From: Eledone cirrhosa
Taxonomy: Eukaryota
Length of the DNA stretch: 64,000 nt
Direction: 5' to 3'
Assembly (NCBI GenBank): GCA_964016885.1
Contig: OZ024741.1
Span: forward strand, 341,000,001 to 341,064,000
Below the pieces are notes generated by a model, which was not told the origin of the DNA, did no database searches, and saw nothing but the letters and a program-made list of their open reading frames with translations. Of the stretch, positions 50,602-63,529 are shown one piece after another; positions within the stretch are counted from its first letter, which is position 1; the number at the start of each line of letters is the position of its first letter. A program made the position numbers and the translations under genes.

Positions 50602-51271
50602 CTAGCTGACGTACCCAGCTTCGCCCGGGTAAACAGATGAATTGCTTTTATTATCAGTATTCAATTCGAGCAATTGTCAAAAAATTACACAATAATAAAT
50701 ATAAAAGATGTCCGTCAATGTAAAAAAAGGTCCCTATTTACTCCCTTCACAACTCTGTGTATGTTAGACTGACAGACAGGCACACAGACAGATAAAATGC
50801 GTGGCGATTGTGGAACGCCGCAGGTACACACACATACACGCATGGAAACGCGCACACGCACGCAAACTTACACACGCACCCGTGCACTTACACACACGCA
50901 CACACTCACACATGTTGATAGTTTTTACTTTCTCTGGAACGCTGCACGCACGCACATACACATAAACATGCGCGCACGTACATACACACGCACATATGTT
51001 AATAGTTATTGCTTTCCTTCCCTCTCTTATTTCCACACACATCACACACACACATATCTCTACACTGACACATATACATAGTGTATCCAACACAGCGTTC
51101 ACTTTGCCTCTCTGTTTCTTACTCTCCCCTCCCACTCCCTCATTGGCATTATGCATATTAATTTAAGTTTGGCATCGTTGAGGTGGGCGGAGTCGTTTGA
51201 AACCTATGAATCAATGATAATCGAGAATTATGACACACGGAATACTGACATTGTTGAAATTAATATATAAA
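50602..51271 (-). mobile_element. Non-autonomous Helitron
   Basis: 3' hairpin acccgggcgaagctgggt plus CTAG^T on the minus strand; degenerate 5' end near 51271. Confidence 0.65.
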
Positions 51272-51603
51272 TGTAAACCTAAAAGTGAAAAATATTGAAC
51301 CAATGTAAATTATTGCTTTATTTTTTGTTACGAACCGAACTGCTTTTTGGTCAACTCTGTTGCCATTTTATTGAAAGAAAATTTTTTTTTAAATCGCTGC
51401 TGTTGTTCATTATTTTTTATAAATTGCTATCTTTGTTGAATATTTTGATGATCCATGTTTTATCATGCATAATGTTTTGTTGCGCGTCAGACAGTACATA
51501 GTGGCTTGAATGGATAAAAAAACCGCTAGTAAAATGCAGCCTATAACCATTCAACTTAAAAAGTTCAACAAACAGGAAATTCGTTAGGAGCCAAAATATC
51601 GCA

Positions 51604-52199
51604 TGAAAAAACGGAGTTAAATACTCACGTTAATCCCCTGTAATTTAATGAGCTCAAGGTGTAAGTACCGGGCTCTTCATAATATAATATATAGAGAAGA
51701 ACACACAAAAGAGTGTTTTGAATTATGAGGGGTAGAGAACCACTAGAGTGAAATACATAAAGTCTACGAAAAGTCTGGAAAATACATAATTGGAAAGGTA
51801 CTGTCTGAAGCGCGTGTTTTCGTTCTCTCTCCATGTGCGATTCAGTTATCTAAAGTCTCTTTAGAAGTGCAGTCCATATCGTCTTTACACCTGTTGACGA
51901 GCCATGGGATGTTATGGTTCTGATACTGTTATGGTGAAACATTCTCTTTTTTTAGTTTGTCCAGGTGTTTTAGTTATAAAGGTGGGTTAGTGCATTTTAA
52001 TTTACCTTTCTAATTATTGTGTATTTTCCACACTTTTCGTAGACTTTATGTATTTCACTCTAGTGGTTCTCTATTCCTCGTAATTCAAAACATACTTTTT
52101 GTGTGTTCTTCTCTATATATTATGAAGAGCCCGGTACATATTCCTTCAGCTCATTAAATTACAGGGATTAACGTGAGTCTTTAACTCCTTTTTTTTCAT
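51604..52199. repeat. Fold-back element (~195 bp arms, ~200 bp spacer) abutting (TA)n
   Basis: 51604-51800 is approximately the reverse complement of 52003-52199. Confidence 0.82.
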
Positions 52200-52200
52200 T

Positions 52201-52250
<50 letters not shown>

Positions 52251-53749
52251 CAAAACACGTGGCGTATTTCATGGCTGATTTACCTGTAAACAGTAGAGTG
52301 GAGGTTTGTGGATTAGTGACAGGGTGTTCGATTCACGATCGTAAATTCGTGATTTCAATTCCCAGTTCACCCAACAGGCAAACGATGAGTTATACCTGTA
52401 GTTTAAAGGGCCAGCTTTCTCACACTGAGTCACGCTAAATCTCACACAAGAATTACGTTAACGGTTTACGCATCAATGGAATGCTCATTCACATACATGT
52501 TGATTTCACGAGTTCATTGCATCAACTGGAGCATTCGTCGTCGGAAACGACAGAGGTCCAACATTAACAATAGAAATTGTGTTAAGTGATGGGTTTGGTA
52601 AGTTGGTTATCTATAACAATTAGCTTAATTGTTATATTGACGATGTGTCATTCGGTTTGGAGTGAGTTTGGTAAATTGCACAGAGACAGCAATCATAATT
52701 GGGTAAATTGGTTAATTGTAATTGGGGCAAAAGTAAGGATATAGGCGGTGAAATGACGGAGTTGTTAAAACATCGTATTAAATGCCTCAGTATTTGTTCC
52801 AGCTTACTGAGTTCAAATCCTGCTATGGTCAATGTTGCCTTTCACCCTTTTGAGGTTAATAAATAAAGTATCTCTCCCTAGAAGAAATTAACTATGTTCC
52901 GGCTAAGAGAAGGGTATGCTCCCCCAGGTTTAATGCCCCAAATATACCGTGTCTCAGGACAGCGTTACTACGACTCCATCAAGAGTTAAGGGCCCTTTCT
53001 TTCGAATATTAAGGAAGGCGTTCGATTTTATTAAGAGTTATTATATATGTAAATATTTCGAATACAAGTTAGATTTTAGTAGCTTATGGACCTCTGTGAA
53101 ATTAGCGAGAAAGTAGCTGAGCATTCCACGGGCCCATGTACCATTAACATAGTTCTCAAGGAGATTCGCCGTAACACAGTGTGTGACAAGGCTGGAGTTG
53201 TCCTTTGAATAACAGGTACAACTTAGTTTTGCCAGCTGAGTGGACTGAAGTAATGTGAAGTAAAGTTTCTTGCTCAAGAACACATGTCACCGGGAATTAA
53301 AATAATGATTTTACAGTCGTGAATCGAACACCCCTTTAGCTCTAAATCACACACCTTCCCTATATTTTACTAAAAATTATTTAATATGTAAAATTTAGGG
53401 TACAGGTAAGATTTATATTGTTAGAGATGTATTTGGAGTATCCTTTCCAGATATCAGACACCCAATCAAATGAGTTCTTTTATATTATCAGGGCAGACAT
53501 TAGCTGGAAGCAGTGCGATCAAAATGTTTGATAATTGATTCCCTTTTCTGTTTTTTTTTGTTTTTTTTTTGTAAAAATCATTGCAAGGAAGTACATGTAT
53601 GTATGTATGGTCCCGTAACTCCAATCGTAGGGGCGCCATATTGACATACGGCGTTTCTTCTGCATTTTAAGCTTGGTGAGCCCATCTCTCTCCAGGCCTG
53701 AATACAGCAGATTTCTTCCAGAGGGATGAAGAATCGACACTAGTACTAG

Positions 53750-53890
53750 ACTGGTACTTTTTTTATCAACCTCGAAAAGATGAGAGGCAAAGTCCATCTC
53801 GGCGGGATTTGAACTCAGAGAACAGAGACCCGGAACGAATACCTTACAGCATTCTATCCGAAGTTCTAACGACTCTGCCAATTCACCGCC
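53750..53890 (-). mobile_element. SINE family A variant
   Basis: ctggtactt..tcggcgggatttgaactcag..ctgccaattcaccgcc. Confidence 0.75.
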
Positions 53891-54650
53891 TGGGAAGTAC
53901 ATACAGTAGGCAGAAAAGGATCTATGAGACCAAAAAGACTTGAGTGGGCAAATGTTTTGTTTTTCTCATAATTTTCAGTCTGAAAACGATGTTGACGTTG
54001 TCAGGGCTGCTAAGTTTATCGTAGAGGCAGTCATAACTGATCAAGTAATATATTGTGAAAGAAAAAACGAACTTGGTAGCTTCGAAATAGTTCCACTCAA
54101 TAGCTTTGAAATATTTCCACTCAATAGCTTTGAAATGGTGTTACCCAATAGCTTTAAAATATCACCCAGTAACTTTGAAATGTTGCCACTCGGTAGCTTT
54201 GAAATTAAAATATTTTAGTCTAAAGCATCAAACGTTCTGCTCAGTTATTGAAGAAAACTTAGAGGGAATGGTGGATGACAGTTTTGTTTACAATCCTCGC
54301 AGCAACACTTCCTGTGTTGAATCTGATTTCTATCTTCAGTCAAGGTCGTAATATTCATAAGACTGACTAGGCTGAAGCCTAGGAGCCCTGAAGAGAATAG
54401 AAACCCCGCAGAAACTATCAGCCTGTTAATTTCTTATATCTTATCTTTTACTGGGTATTGTTAACTGTGCCATAAGGCTTCAATGGAGGTTAGACGTATC
54501 TGAAAGTTTAGGGACCCAACCAGGGGGAATACGGCCCAGCTTCTAATAGCTAAAAAATAGAAAATGATCAACTTCTGTTACTATAATAGAATTCCTTGAC
54601 ATTTGGTGGTATTGGACAAAACTAACTAATAATAATGATGTTATTAACAT

Positions 54651-55274
54651 ACGTATAGTATATTTGATAATATACTATATGTTTATTTTAAAACATTTTG
54701 AAGACCATTCGCTCTGAATTTTAAAGTAGTTACTATGTCACGTACTTAGTCTCGGCAAAAACAAAGGGGAGTAATCGGCGGTAGTACCGTTTCTCACTTG
54801 TAAGTGGTTGTCAAGACTACATACCCCTTCACTTCTGCTGAGAGTTATAGTGGCTGGATTTTTAGAGAATTCCAGTTATGTTTACGAGTTGTTTAAAGTT
54901 ATTAACATACAGAGCGGTTGCCGGCCTAGCAAAAATTAGAAATTAGTATTGGTGCTCTGAAATATATGAATGAACGTAAAGTATATTTGATATGTATGTT
55001 CTAATTGATAATATGTATGTTTATTTAAAAACATTTTGAAGACCATTCGCTATGAATGCTATAAGAATCCAGCTTCACTTAAAAGGGAGAAACGGTGACC
55101 GTCGATTACTCCCCTTTGCTTTTGCCGAGACTAAGTATGTGACGTAGTCACTACTTTAAAATTCATAGCGAATGGTCTTCAAAATGTTTTAAGATAAACA
55201 TACAGTATATTATCAAATATACTATACGTACATTCATATATACATCGCTATTTCAGAGCAACAATACTAATTTC
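54651..55274. repeat. Complex fold-back flanked by a 15 bp direct repeat
   Basis: 54651-54795 inverted at 55087-55230; tgatgttattaacat at 54636 and 55275. Confidence 0.8.
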
Positions 55275-55546
55275 TGATGTTATTAACATTTATTTCACGC
55301 ATACTAATTTCAAAAAACAATCCCTAAATGATCTAAGAGTAAGATACGTTTTATATAAGATGACTAGAGTTCAAAGGAGTTTATCGACCTAAAATTTACA
55401 TTCTTCCATACCACCTTTGTTTTATTGCACTGAAAAATCTAATTATTAGCTGTGAACTTCTCAATGACTATTCTTGCTCCTTTTTTCTAACCTTGTTCTA
55501 TCTACTTCATCTTGTCTTTTGAAGTGTGTGTTTGGTCTGCGCATGC

Positions 55547-55550
<4 letters not shown>

Positions 55551-55629
<79 letters not shown>

Positions 55630-55681
55630 CCTCTCTCTCTCTATCTCCCTCTCTCCCTCTCTCTCTTTCTCTCTCTCTCCC

Positions 55682-55755
<74 letters not shown>
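55551..55755. repeat. (CT)n microsatellite
   Basis: Direct reading. Confidence 0.97.
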
Positions 55756-55757
<2 letters not shown>

Positions 55758-56165
55758 GAATATTTTCTGTTTAGCATATGTGCATGTGTGTCTGGACATG
55801 TATCTCTGTCTTTATGTATTATTTCTCCCCCACGTATGTGTGTGTCTTTTTCTCTCCTTTAGCTCTTGTATAGCTCGTCTGTCACTAAGTAGTTGTTATT
55901 CTGTTTTTCTTTAAATTCTATGTGTGTGGGGGATCTGTCTGCGCATCCTTTTTAATTTGTTCTTGTGAGCCCTTGTTAGTCGCTAGGTTGTAGGGTCGTT
56001 GTTATTCAATTCATGCTTTCTATTAAATTTAGGCCTACATTCAGTTATGTGTCGCTTCTGTAATCTCTATGAGTTTTGCATCTGTTCAGTGTGTATATAT
56101 CATTTTTATTTCAATGTTTTCTAGTGAGCCACCATGTTCTAGTTTAGCATATTGATAGAGCGCTG

Positions 56166-57430
56166 ATGAGATTTCTCGTCTTGGAATTCTCGCCAGTGCT
56201 CCTTCATCCTTTCTCTTATACTGCCACAACATATGTATGGGCGAAAGCTGGCATTGATGCTTTTGTGCAATCTCGCAAATATCAGGTAAAACCTCAATCG
56301 CCTCTTTGGTTTATACCTGCCTGCTCAGCTGCTATTGCCCACAGAAATCACATTTTCCGACAATATAATAACATTTTCCGTTCTGATAATAACAGAAGCT
56401 TATTTGTAACTGCTCGAAATAACTGTGAGCATGTCCTGAATGGAGCCAAGTCTTTGTTTCAAGTCTGCCGATAGAATGAGAGACCATCTTGTTCTCCAAA
56501 AGCTTGGTTCTCGTGACTACTGCCGAATATGTAACAGCATATTGAATACAAGAATTCCTCCATTACTCAATTTAAAGTGTTAACAGCTATTACAAAACTG
56601 AATGCTTTGACAAGAAATTCTCCTCTAATTCTCTTCTTGAATCATCTGAAGCACCTTTGCCTGATTTTCCACTTAGAACTGATACACTACTGTGCGATAT
56701 GCATCTCTCTCCCAATTTGGTCTCTAATGCCGTATCAAATCTCCATAAAGCATGTGATCCTAATGGTATTCCCCTCATAATCTTGCGGAATTGTTCTGAA
56801 TTAGCTCTTGTTCTATCTAAACTTTACATCAATTGCCTTGCTGACTCTTGCTTTCCATCTTATTGGAAATCCTCTCCTGTTGTTCCAGTGTTTAAATATT
56901 TGAGGTTTTGATCAATTCTGAATTGATTAAGAACGGGACTTCACTGGATTTTATTTCAGATAAATAATATGGCTTTCGTTTCTCACGATCATCTGCTGAT
57001 GTCTGAACGGTTGTTGCTGAGAGTCTGCCGTGCTTTAGATAAATCTGGTGAAACTAAGGCTTTAAATATTTCTGAGGCTTTTAACAGGGTATGCTAGTCT
57101 TGTTCATAAGTTGAGGTGTTATGCTGTTTCTAGGAGGATGTTTAAACTGATCGAGTTTTCCTGTTAAATCGCGAACTGAAGGTTGTTTTGAATAACAAAT
57201 CTTCTAGGTTTTTTCACATTAATACAGGTGTCTCTATCTTGGGTCCTATATTGTTCTTATTTTTCATCAATTATCTTCCTGGTGGCATATTGTCTCAGCT
57301 TGGTATCCATGCTGATAAAATAATTCTTTATTCTCGTTTTAATGGTAAGTTTGATATGTATGGTAAAGTTGAATTGGCAGGTGATCTTGAATATAACCTT
57401 CAATCGAGAAATGGCATGTTACCTTTAATG
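56166..57430 (+). pseudogene. Heavily decayed LINE RT (CR1/Jockey group)
   Basis: PLWF..CSAAIAHRN, KACDPNGIP..L..LSKL..CL...FPSYWKSS.VVPVFK, YGFR, ISEAFNRV, GVSILGPILFLFFINYL; many frameshifts. Confidence 0.8.
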
Positions 57431-57779
57431 CATAGGTTTTACATGTTGCCAGTTTTCTCTCGTTCACTCTAAATGCCACCCATTTCGTCTCTTTTATTAA
57501 AGTTAGGTCCATACAGTCTCTTGGTTCTCTTCCTTTATGGAACCTATCCACCTATCTATTTACTTCTTTCTCTCACTCTCAATCCTTATACATTCTTCTC
57601 CTCTCTCTATCCCTCCACACACCTATCGTACTATTCACCCCTTATCACTCTCTCTCTACTTCTTCCTCATATTATCCCTCTACACATCTACCAACCACCC
57701 GATACTCTCCCAATTACAATTTTCCGCCTCCATCTCTATCAACCTAGTCAAAATTCTCTCCTCAGCCTTCCACTCCACA

Positions 57780-58330
57780 GGAGGTCGATACATGCCACCC
57801 GTGTATTGCGTGCAACTAGCGCAAGAAAGGAAAGAACGGCTCCAACTGTTATAGATTCTTCCACCTTTCTTGCGTACAACTCACCGATGGAACTGCCCGC
57901 GATGCCTATTACACTCGATCCACAGGCAGCCACAGGTACCCGGCACTGTGGAGACCTGGTCCTGCTGACTCGGTGCTGGACTCGAGCGACACTGTACTCT
58001 GGCCCACACCAGATGTCATTTTGTGATCCACACAATTGCCGCTGTGCAGGATGTCGTTGACAGGTTTATCCTACAACCACTGTCATGGTACTGGATCGCA
58101 GACAGGACAGCTTCCTCCGACATGCCGCTCTCAACGACACATTGAGAAGGAGCCTGGATGCAGCTGGCTTCTCATCACAACTGGAGCCAGTAGGCCTCGA
58201 CTATGGAGACGGCTAGCGCCCCGACGGAATTACCCTCTTCCTATTCGAAGGAGGTAAATCTCTCATCTGCGATGCCACATGCTGTTACATGTTCTCCGCC
58301 TCCGACTTTGTCAAACCCCGCCGTACCTCA
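57780..58330 (+). pseudogene. CRE-like (RLE endonuclease) retrotransposon 3' fragment
   Basis: Across frames: ICDPHNCRC..., [15 protein letters not shown]..., SQLEP.GL..GDG.RPDGITL...GKSLICDATC (Zn knuckle plus PD..D). Confidence 0.6.
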
Positions 58331-58791
58331 GGCCTATCACCCTTTCCCCTCCCCCCCCCCTTTTATCCGTGGTCTCATAGTTCTCGCTTTTTTCCTCCTT
58401 TTCCCCTCATTTACGGCATTTATAGCCCTCTCTCCTATACAGTTAGATCTGCCCTTCTTTACCCCTTTCCCTGTTCGTTTCCTTGGTTTTGTTTTTATCC
58501 ACTTTTTTCTTTTTTCCTTTTTCTTTCATATTTCCATGATTATTTGCAATGTTATCTATACAACTGTCAATTGATTTATTGTCTGTAATTGTATTTTATA
58601 ACATGGAATAAAAAGGAAATTGAAGAACTAACTACAAAAAAATGATCAAATGGTCAGTGATAAAAAGTGAAGAATTAACAATAAAAAGTGGGTTATATAG
58701 AAGTAAATGAGCAAATGGTTAAATAAATTAGTAAATAGAATCAAATAAGATCAGGTAAAATATAAGGGTTTAAAAATAAGTAAAGTGGATA

Positions 58792-58982
58792 ATTGTTTCT
58801 ACATTTGGCACAAGGCCAGCAATTATCTCAGTGTATTACTGGTACTTTATTTTATCGACCCTGTAAGGATGAAAGGCAAAGTTAACCTCTGCGGGATTTG
58901 AACTCAGATCATAAAGGGAGGTAACTCTATGCTGCAAAGCATGGCGTCCGACCCTCTACCGATACTGCCAATCACCGCCCTC
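58792..58982 (-). mobile_element. Full SINE family A with 12 bp TSD
   Basis: gtaaagtggata at 58780-58791 and 58983-58994. Confidence 0.9.
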
Positions 58983-59637
58983 GTAAAGTGGATATGAGTT
59001 GGTAACAAGTGATAAAGTGTATGTACTATGTATATACACACTGCATACACACAAGCACGCATTACAGTGGGAAGTTTTAGAAGGTTTTACATATCTATAT
59101 CCTTATAAAAAGGAAGTTTGTTTATAAATTTACCGCCGATAACACTAAATAAAATTGATAATAATTAAGGTTTTTCGTGTTTTCATCTAATCTGACCTCC
59201 AAATCTGACCTCTGTTGGGGGAAAATTTACTGCTCTTCCTATCGCCCACGGACTGTCCCTCCTGTACATGCTTTCTATATAGAGAGAGTGAAACACTACA
59301 CCTCACACTCAATCCACTTCCCCTCTTCTGACTAACTAAAACTTTTCTACGTTTTTTTGTTTTGTTTTTTGTCGGCCGGTCTGACATCTGACTCACTCTC
59401 CCTTTCTTCCTCTCTCACTCTTTCTCGGGTGGCTAAGTGGTTAGATAATTGAATTCGCAATCGTGAGGTTGTGAGTTCGATTCCCGGACCGGGCGATGCG
59501 TTATATCCTTGACCAGGACACTTTATTTCCCGTTGCTCCTTCTACTTGGAGTTGCGACCGATAGATAGTATTAGCAATTGGAAAGACCAATGGAAACATT
59601 GTTTCCTTAGTCCGATTTGACTAAAATCGATCGGATG

Positions 59638-59681
<44 letters not shown>

Positions 59682-60631
59682 GAGGGGGTGGAATATATAT
59701 ATATATTTCTCTCTGGCGATCGTGAAGAAATATTTTTACCTAGGGTTTTTTCGTGTTTTCAACTAATCCGACCTCCGACATGTTTACAATCGCCTTCTTT
59801 TCCGAAAACAGAAAGATGGGTGAGGGGTGAACCCTTGGATTTTCTCAGCCTCAGGGATTTCATCAGTTCGAATAACAGAGGCGGGAAGGGAGGGAGACAC
59901 TCAGGTTTACCGAAAAGCACCTGTCAGCCGTTTAAATTTATAAAAACCTAGTCCCTTGATACTGAAGAGTGTTTTGATCCTAAGCGTTGTAAGCCAAATT
60001 AATTAAGTATTCCCCAATTTCGAAATCCACAATTCCAATGAGGAGTGGCTGTGTGAAAGAGACATCCTAGCCTGCAAAATCACCACAGTAAATGCCATCA
60101 ACAAAATCTCTCACAAATGATCCCTGGGAGTAGCTAAACATAAATTTATCGACAAAGTAGTCAACGAGGACGATGCTATCCATTATCTCGTTGAATTCAT
60201 GAATAATCTGGAACTGTCTGGTATGCTTCCACACAACCTTGAATTGAAGAAGGGCACGGTCATCATGCTTCTCAGAAACCAGGATCAGCCAAGATTGTGC
60301 CATGGGGCGCGTATGGTTGTGACTGAACTACAGCTTCAAATGATCGCATTTATACCTAGAATGACGCTAATACCAACAGATGTCCACTTTCGTTTCAAAT
60401 GATTGCAATTCCCAGTGAGAGTCAGTTATGTAATGACCATTAACAAGTCCCAAGGTCAAACCCTGAAAATCTCATTCTAGAAGAAGGCTGTTTCTCATAT
60501 GGACCATTGTATGTAGGTTATTCTAGACTAGGAAGACTCCACAAACTTTTCATGTATGTTCCAAAGGAAACAGTTACTAACATTGTTTATACAATTGTTT
60601 TATAATTTTCCTAGAAAACACTTTTCTATTG

Positions 60632-60763
60632 TTTTCTTTATTACTTTCTGTATTTAGATATTCTAAATATGTTTTTAAATTATGTTATGCAATATTTAAA
60701 TATTGTATAACATAATTTTAAAATAATATTTAGAATATCTAAATATAGAAAGTAATAAAGAAA
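60632..60763. repeat. Spacer-less AT-rich palindrome (~65 bp arms)
   Basis: ttttctttattactttc...aatattt|aaatatt...gaaagtaataaagaaaa. Confidence 0.8.
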
Positions 60764-60765
60764 AT

Positions 60766-60983
60766 AATGGTTTCTTATATAGGCACAAGGCCAGTAATTT
60801 GAGGGGAGGGAAAGTCGATTAAATCGACCCCAGTGCGTGACTGGTACTTTATTTTATCGACTCCGTAAGGATGAAAGGCAAAGTTAACCTCGGCGGGATT
60901 TGAGCTCAGATCATAAACGGCCGTAACTCTATGCTGCAAAGCATGGCGTCCGACCCTCTACCGATACTGCCAATCCACCGCCC
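60766..60983 (-). mobile_element. Full SINE family A nested in the Helitron
   Basis: Reverse-complement consensus. Confidence 0.9.
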
Positions 60984-61284
60984 TCAGTAGTAAAAAAAAT
61001 AATAGATACCTTTTAATGTCTTTTATTCTAATGAAAATCGATACAGATGACAATAGGTGCCTTACGAATAGATTTGAGCACAGAACAGACCGGGGCGAAG
61101 GCCGGGAGGCCGCTAATATATTTATATATATTTGCTTTGACGTCAGATAAAATAGAACTTATTCACCTCGCCATTTTAACTTGAGGCAAGATAAGACAAC
61201 ATATAAATAGATATATATATTTGTTTATTTGTTTCTTTTAAGTCGGTTCCTCATTTTTCTTCATTAGACTTTTCCTTTCCTTAT

Positions 61285-61402
61285 CATTATCATTACGATA
61301 TCGACTTCGTCGTCTTCGCCGTCATCGTGTCGTTGTAATCGTATCATCATCGTCATCGTCATCATTATTACTCATCATCATCGTCGTCGTCGTCTTAATC
61401 GT

Positions 61403-61441
<39 letters not shown>

Positions 61442-61560
61442 GCCGATGATGTGCTGTCGTTGCTGAAGCCGTCGTAATCATCGTCAACGTCTTCACCATG
61501 ATTATCGTTACCATCATAACCACCATCATGATCATCATCAACAATAACAACAACACTATC
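61285..61560. repeat. Degenerate (CAT/CGT)n microsatellite
   Basis: Direct reading. Confidence 0.85.
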
Positions 61561-61960
61561 ATGAGAAAACCACTCCTCAGTGCCTAATCCCATGACGATT
61601 GATAACATCTAAAATAAAAAATATTTGTGTCATCTAATAGATTTACATTGAGAACATCTCTCGTTTGCAGCTAAGGTGTGTATCGTCGTCTAAATATAAG
61701 ACACGATGAAAGTCAGCGCTACAATGAAAGCCGACTAGGGCACATAGTTCAGAGAGGCGCATAACTAAGCCTTAGAGGATCACGGTTTTATACAAATTTG
61801 CATAAGTAAATTGCTTTCTTTCTTGTGGTTCTTGAATCTCGATGGTATCGTTGGAATGTTGCCATGACACACGTCGTGTCTTGAGCATCTTACACCTGGT
61901 AGAGTCTATCCTTCCGCAGATCTGAACACAGACGACTTCTGTCAGAGAGAGAGAGAGAAA

Positions 61961-62000
<40 letters not shown>

Positions 62001-62217
62001 AATATAAATGATCGAGAATCGTATTTTGGCCTATGAAATAACGAAAAACAACCTCCGAGATGTGTGGCAAGTGCTCAATAGTTCAGAAGAACCAGAGCTA
62101 CAACATACGTTAAAGGCCAAGCACACTGAGACGATGGTTAAACAATCATCCGCACAGTCAAAAAAGCGATCAAGTAATTCGGGTCAAACAAATAAAAATA
62201 TATGTGATTGAAAATTT

Positions 62218-62352
62218 ACCCGGACCCCTTGATGGGTGGTAAAATCCAGCATTTGGGTTTCTGCGACTCCTAAATCAAGTACTGTCCGCTTACATAAAAA
62301 ATGTTAGGCTTCTGGTAAGATGATTGAACAGGAAGCCACTTTTTCAACAGGT
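62218..62352 (-). ncRNA. Type I hammerhead with U3:A8 core (module A), copy 2
   Basis: ACCUG-UUGAAAA-aGUGGCUUC...GGAGUCGCa-GAAA-CCC...GGG-UC^-CGGGU. Confidence 0.65.
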
Positions 62353-62930
62353 TTTAGTTCAATGCTAATACAAGGAATGACTATTACTGACCCCACGTGG
62401 GGACCGGCAAGGGAGGCAACCCCTATATTAGGCGAATGAATTCAGTTGTGTATATTATTGCAAGAATGCAAAAAATCACAAATCGAATAGAGTTCTCAAC
62501 AGAAGGTTTAAAGTTAACATAAGCTATTCATCAGTCAATAGAATCAACTAACAAATCAAGAAAATTAACTGGTCAATAGCTAGACTCTGGAGATTAATAC
62601 AAATATAAATTATCGAGAATCGTATTTCGGCCTATGAAATAACGAAATACAACCTCCGAGATGTGTGGCAAGTGCTAAATGGTTCAGAAGAACCAGAGCT
62701 ACAACGTACGTTAAAGGCCAAACACACTGAGACGATGGTTAAACAATCATCCGCAAACCAAAAAAACGATCAAGTAATTCGGGTCAAACAAATAAAAATA
62801 TTTCGGACTTTCGCAGTTATCTCCCTTACACCTCTCGCACGCAATTTAGTATTGCCTGAAGGAAGTGACCGTTTCTGCGCATGCGCGTTCGTACGGTTGT
62901 CCTCCCTGTTCCGTATAACCATGTCCATTA

Positions 62931-62968
62931 CAAGCTGAGGATCCGCTAAGGGGAAACAATTGTTCTCG
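62931..62968 (+). ncRNA. Minimal hammerhead (module B), intact core
   Basis: CAAG-CUGAGGA-UCC gcuaa GGG-GAAA-CAAUUG-UU^-CUCG; self-complementary AACAAUUGUU stem III. Confidence 0.65.
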
Positions 62969-63529
62969 GTATGGTGAACTAACTGTTGTGTAACCACTTC
63001 TACCTAACTCGTCCCATGGACTGAGTGAGTGCTCTACCACTACGGATATTACCTTCCAGTGTTCTACTACTATATATATATATAGTTATATATATATTTA
63101 TATGTATATTAACAGTGGTCATAAAAGATACACCACACACACACACACACACACACATACACACATACACATACATATGTGGATGAGGTATTACCAGTAA
63201 GACAATTCGCTGCGTTTCACATATTTTTTTTTTGTAAGAAAATGATGATTGATTTTAAATCAGTGATATAATTTATGGAGAAAAACTCTGCATTTCAATA
63301 TTACTCAATGTAAAATGTAATGCATGAAAATATATCAAATCAAAATTACATCATTAAATATTATTCTTATTTTGTTTCTTGTAAATAATTTTTTTCAAAA
63401 TATCAATTCAAAACTTTTGTGAATAGGTATCATATCTTGTCATTTACCTATGGTTTAAATTTCTTATAAATCGAATGGAAACATTTTTCAGTGGGCGTTT
63501 GTGCCTCCAGGAAACTCTAATAGGGGTTT

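Larger units (their letters stand above)
59094..61116 (+). mobile_element. Deleted Helitron retaining a PIF1 helicase C-terminal remnant
   Basis: 5' A^TCTATATCCTTATAAAAAGGAAGT; 60170-60590 SGMLPHNLELKKG..MLLRN..LCHGAR..FIPRM..FPVRVSYVMTINKSQGQTL; 3' hairpin ccggggcgaaggccggg plus CTAA^T. Confidence 0.75.
61997..63070. mobile_element. Composite non-coding element (A-A'-B), copy 2
   Basis: 61997-62205 repeated at 62597-62805; homologous to 45415-46030; (TA)n on both sides. Confidence 0.8.

Noticed and set aside
59426-59500. tRNA gene (A/B boxes)
   Set aside because: No complete cloverleaf and it continues into SINE body sequence; a SINE head.
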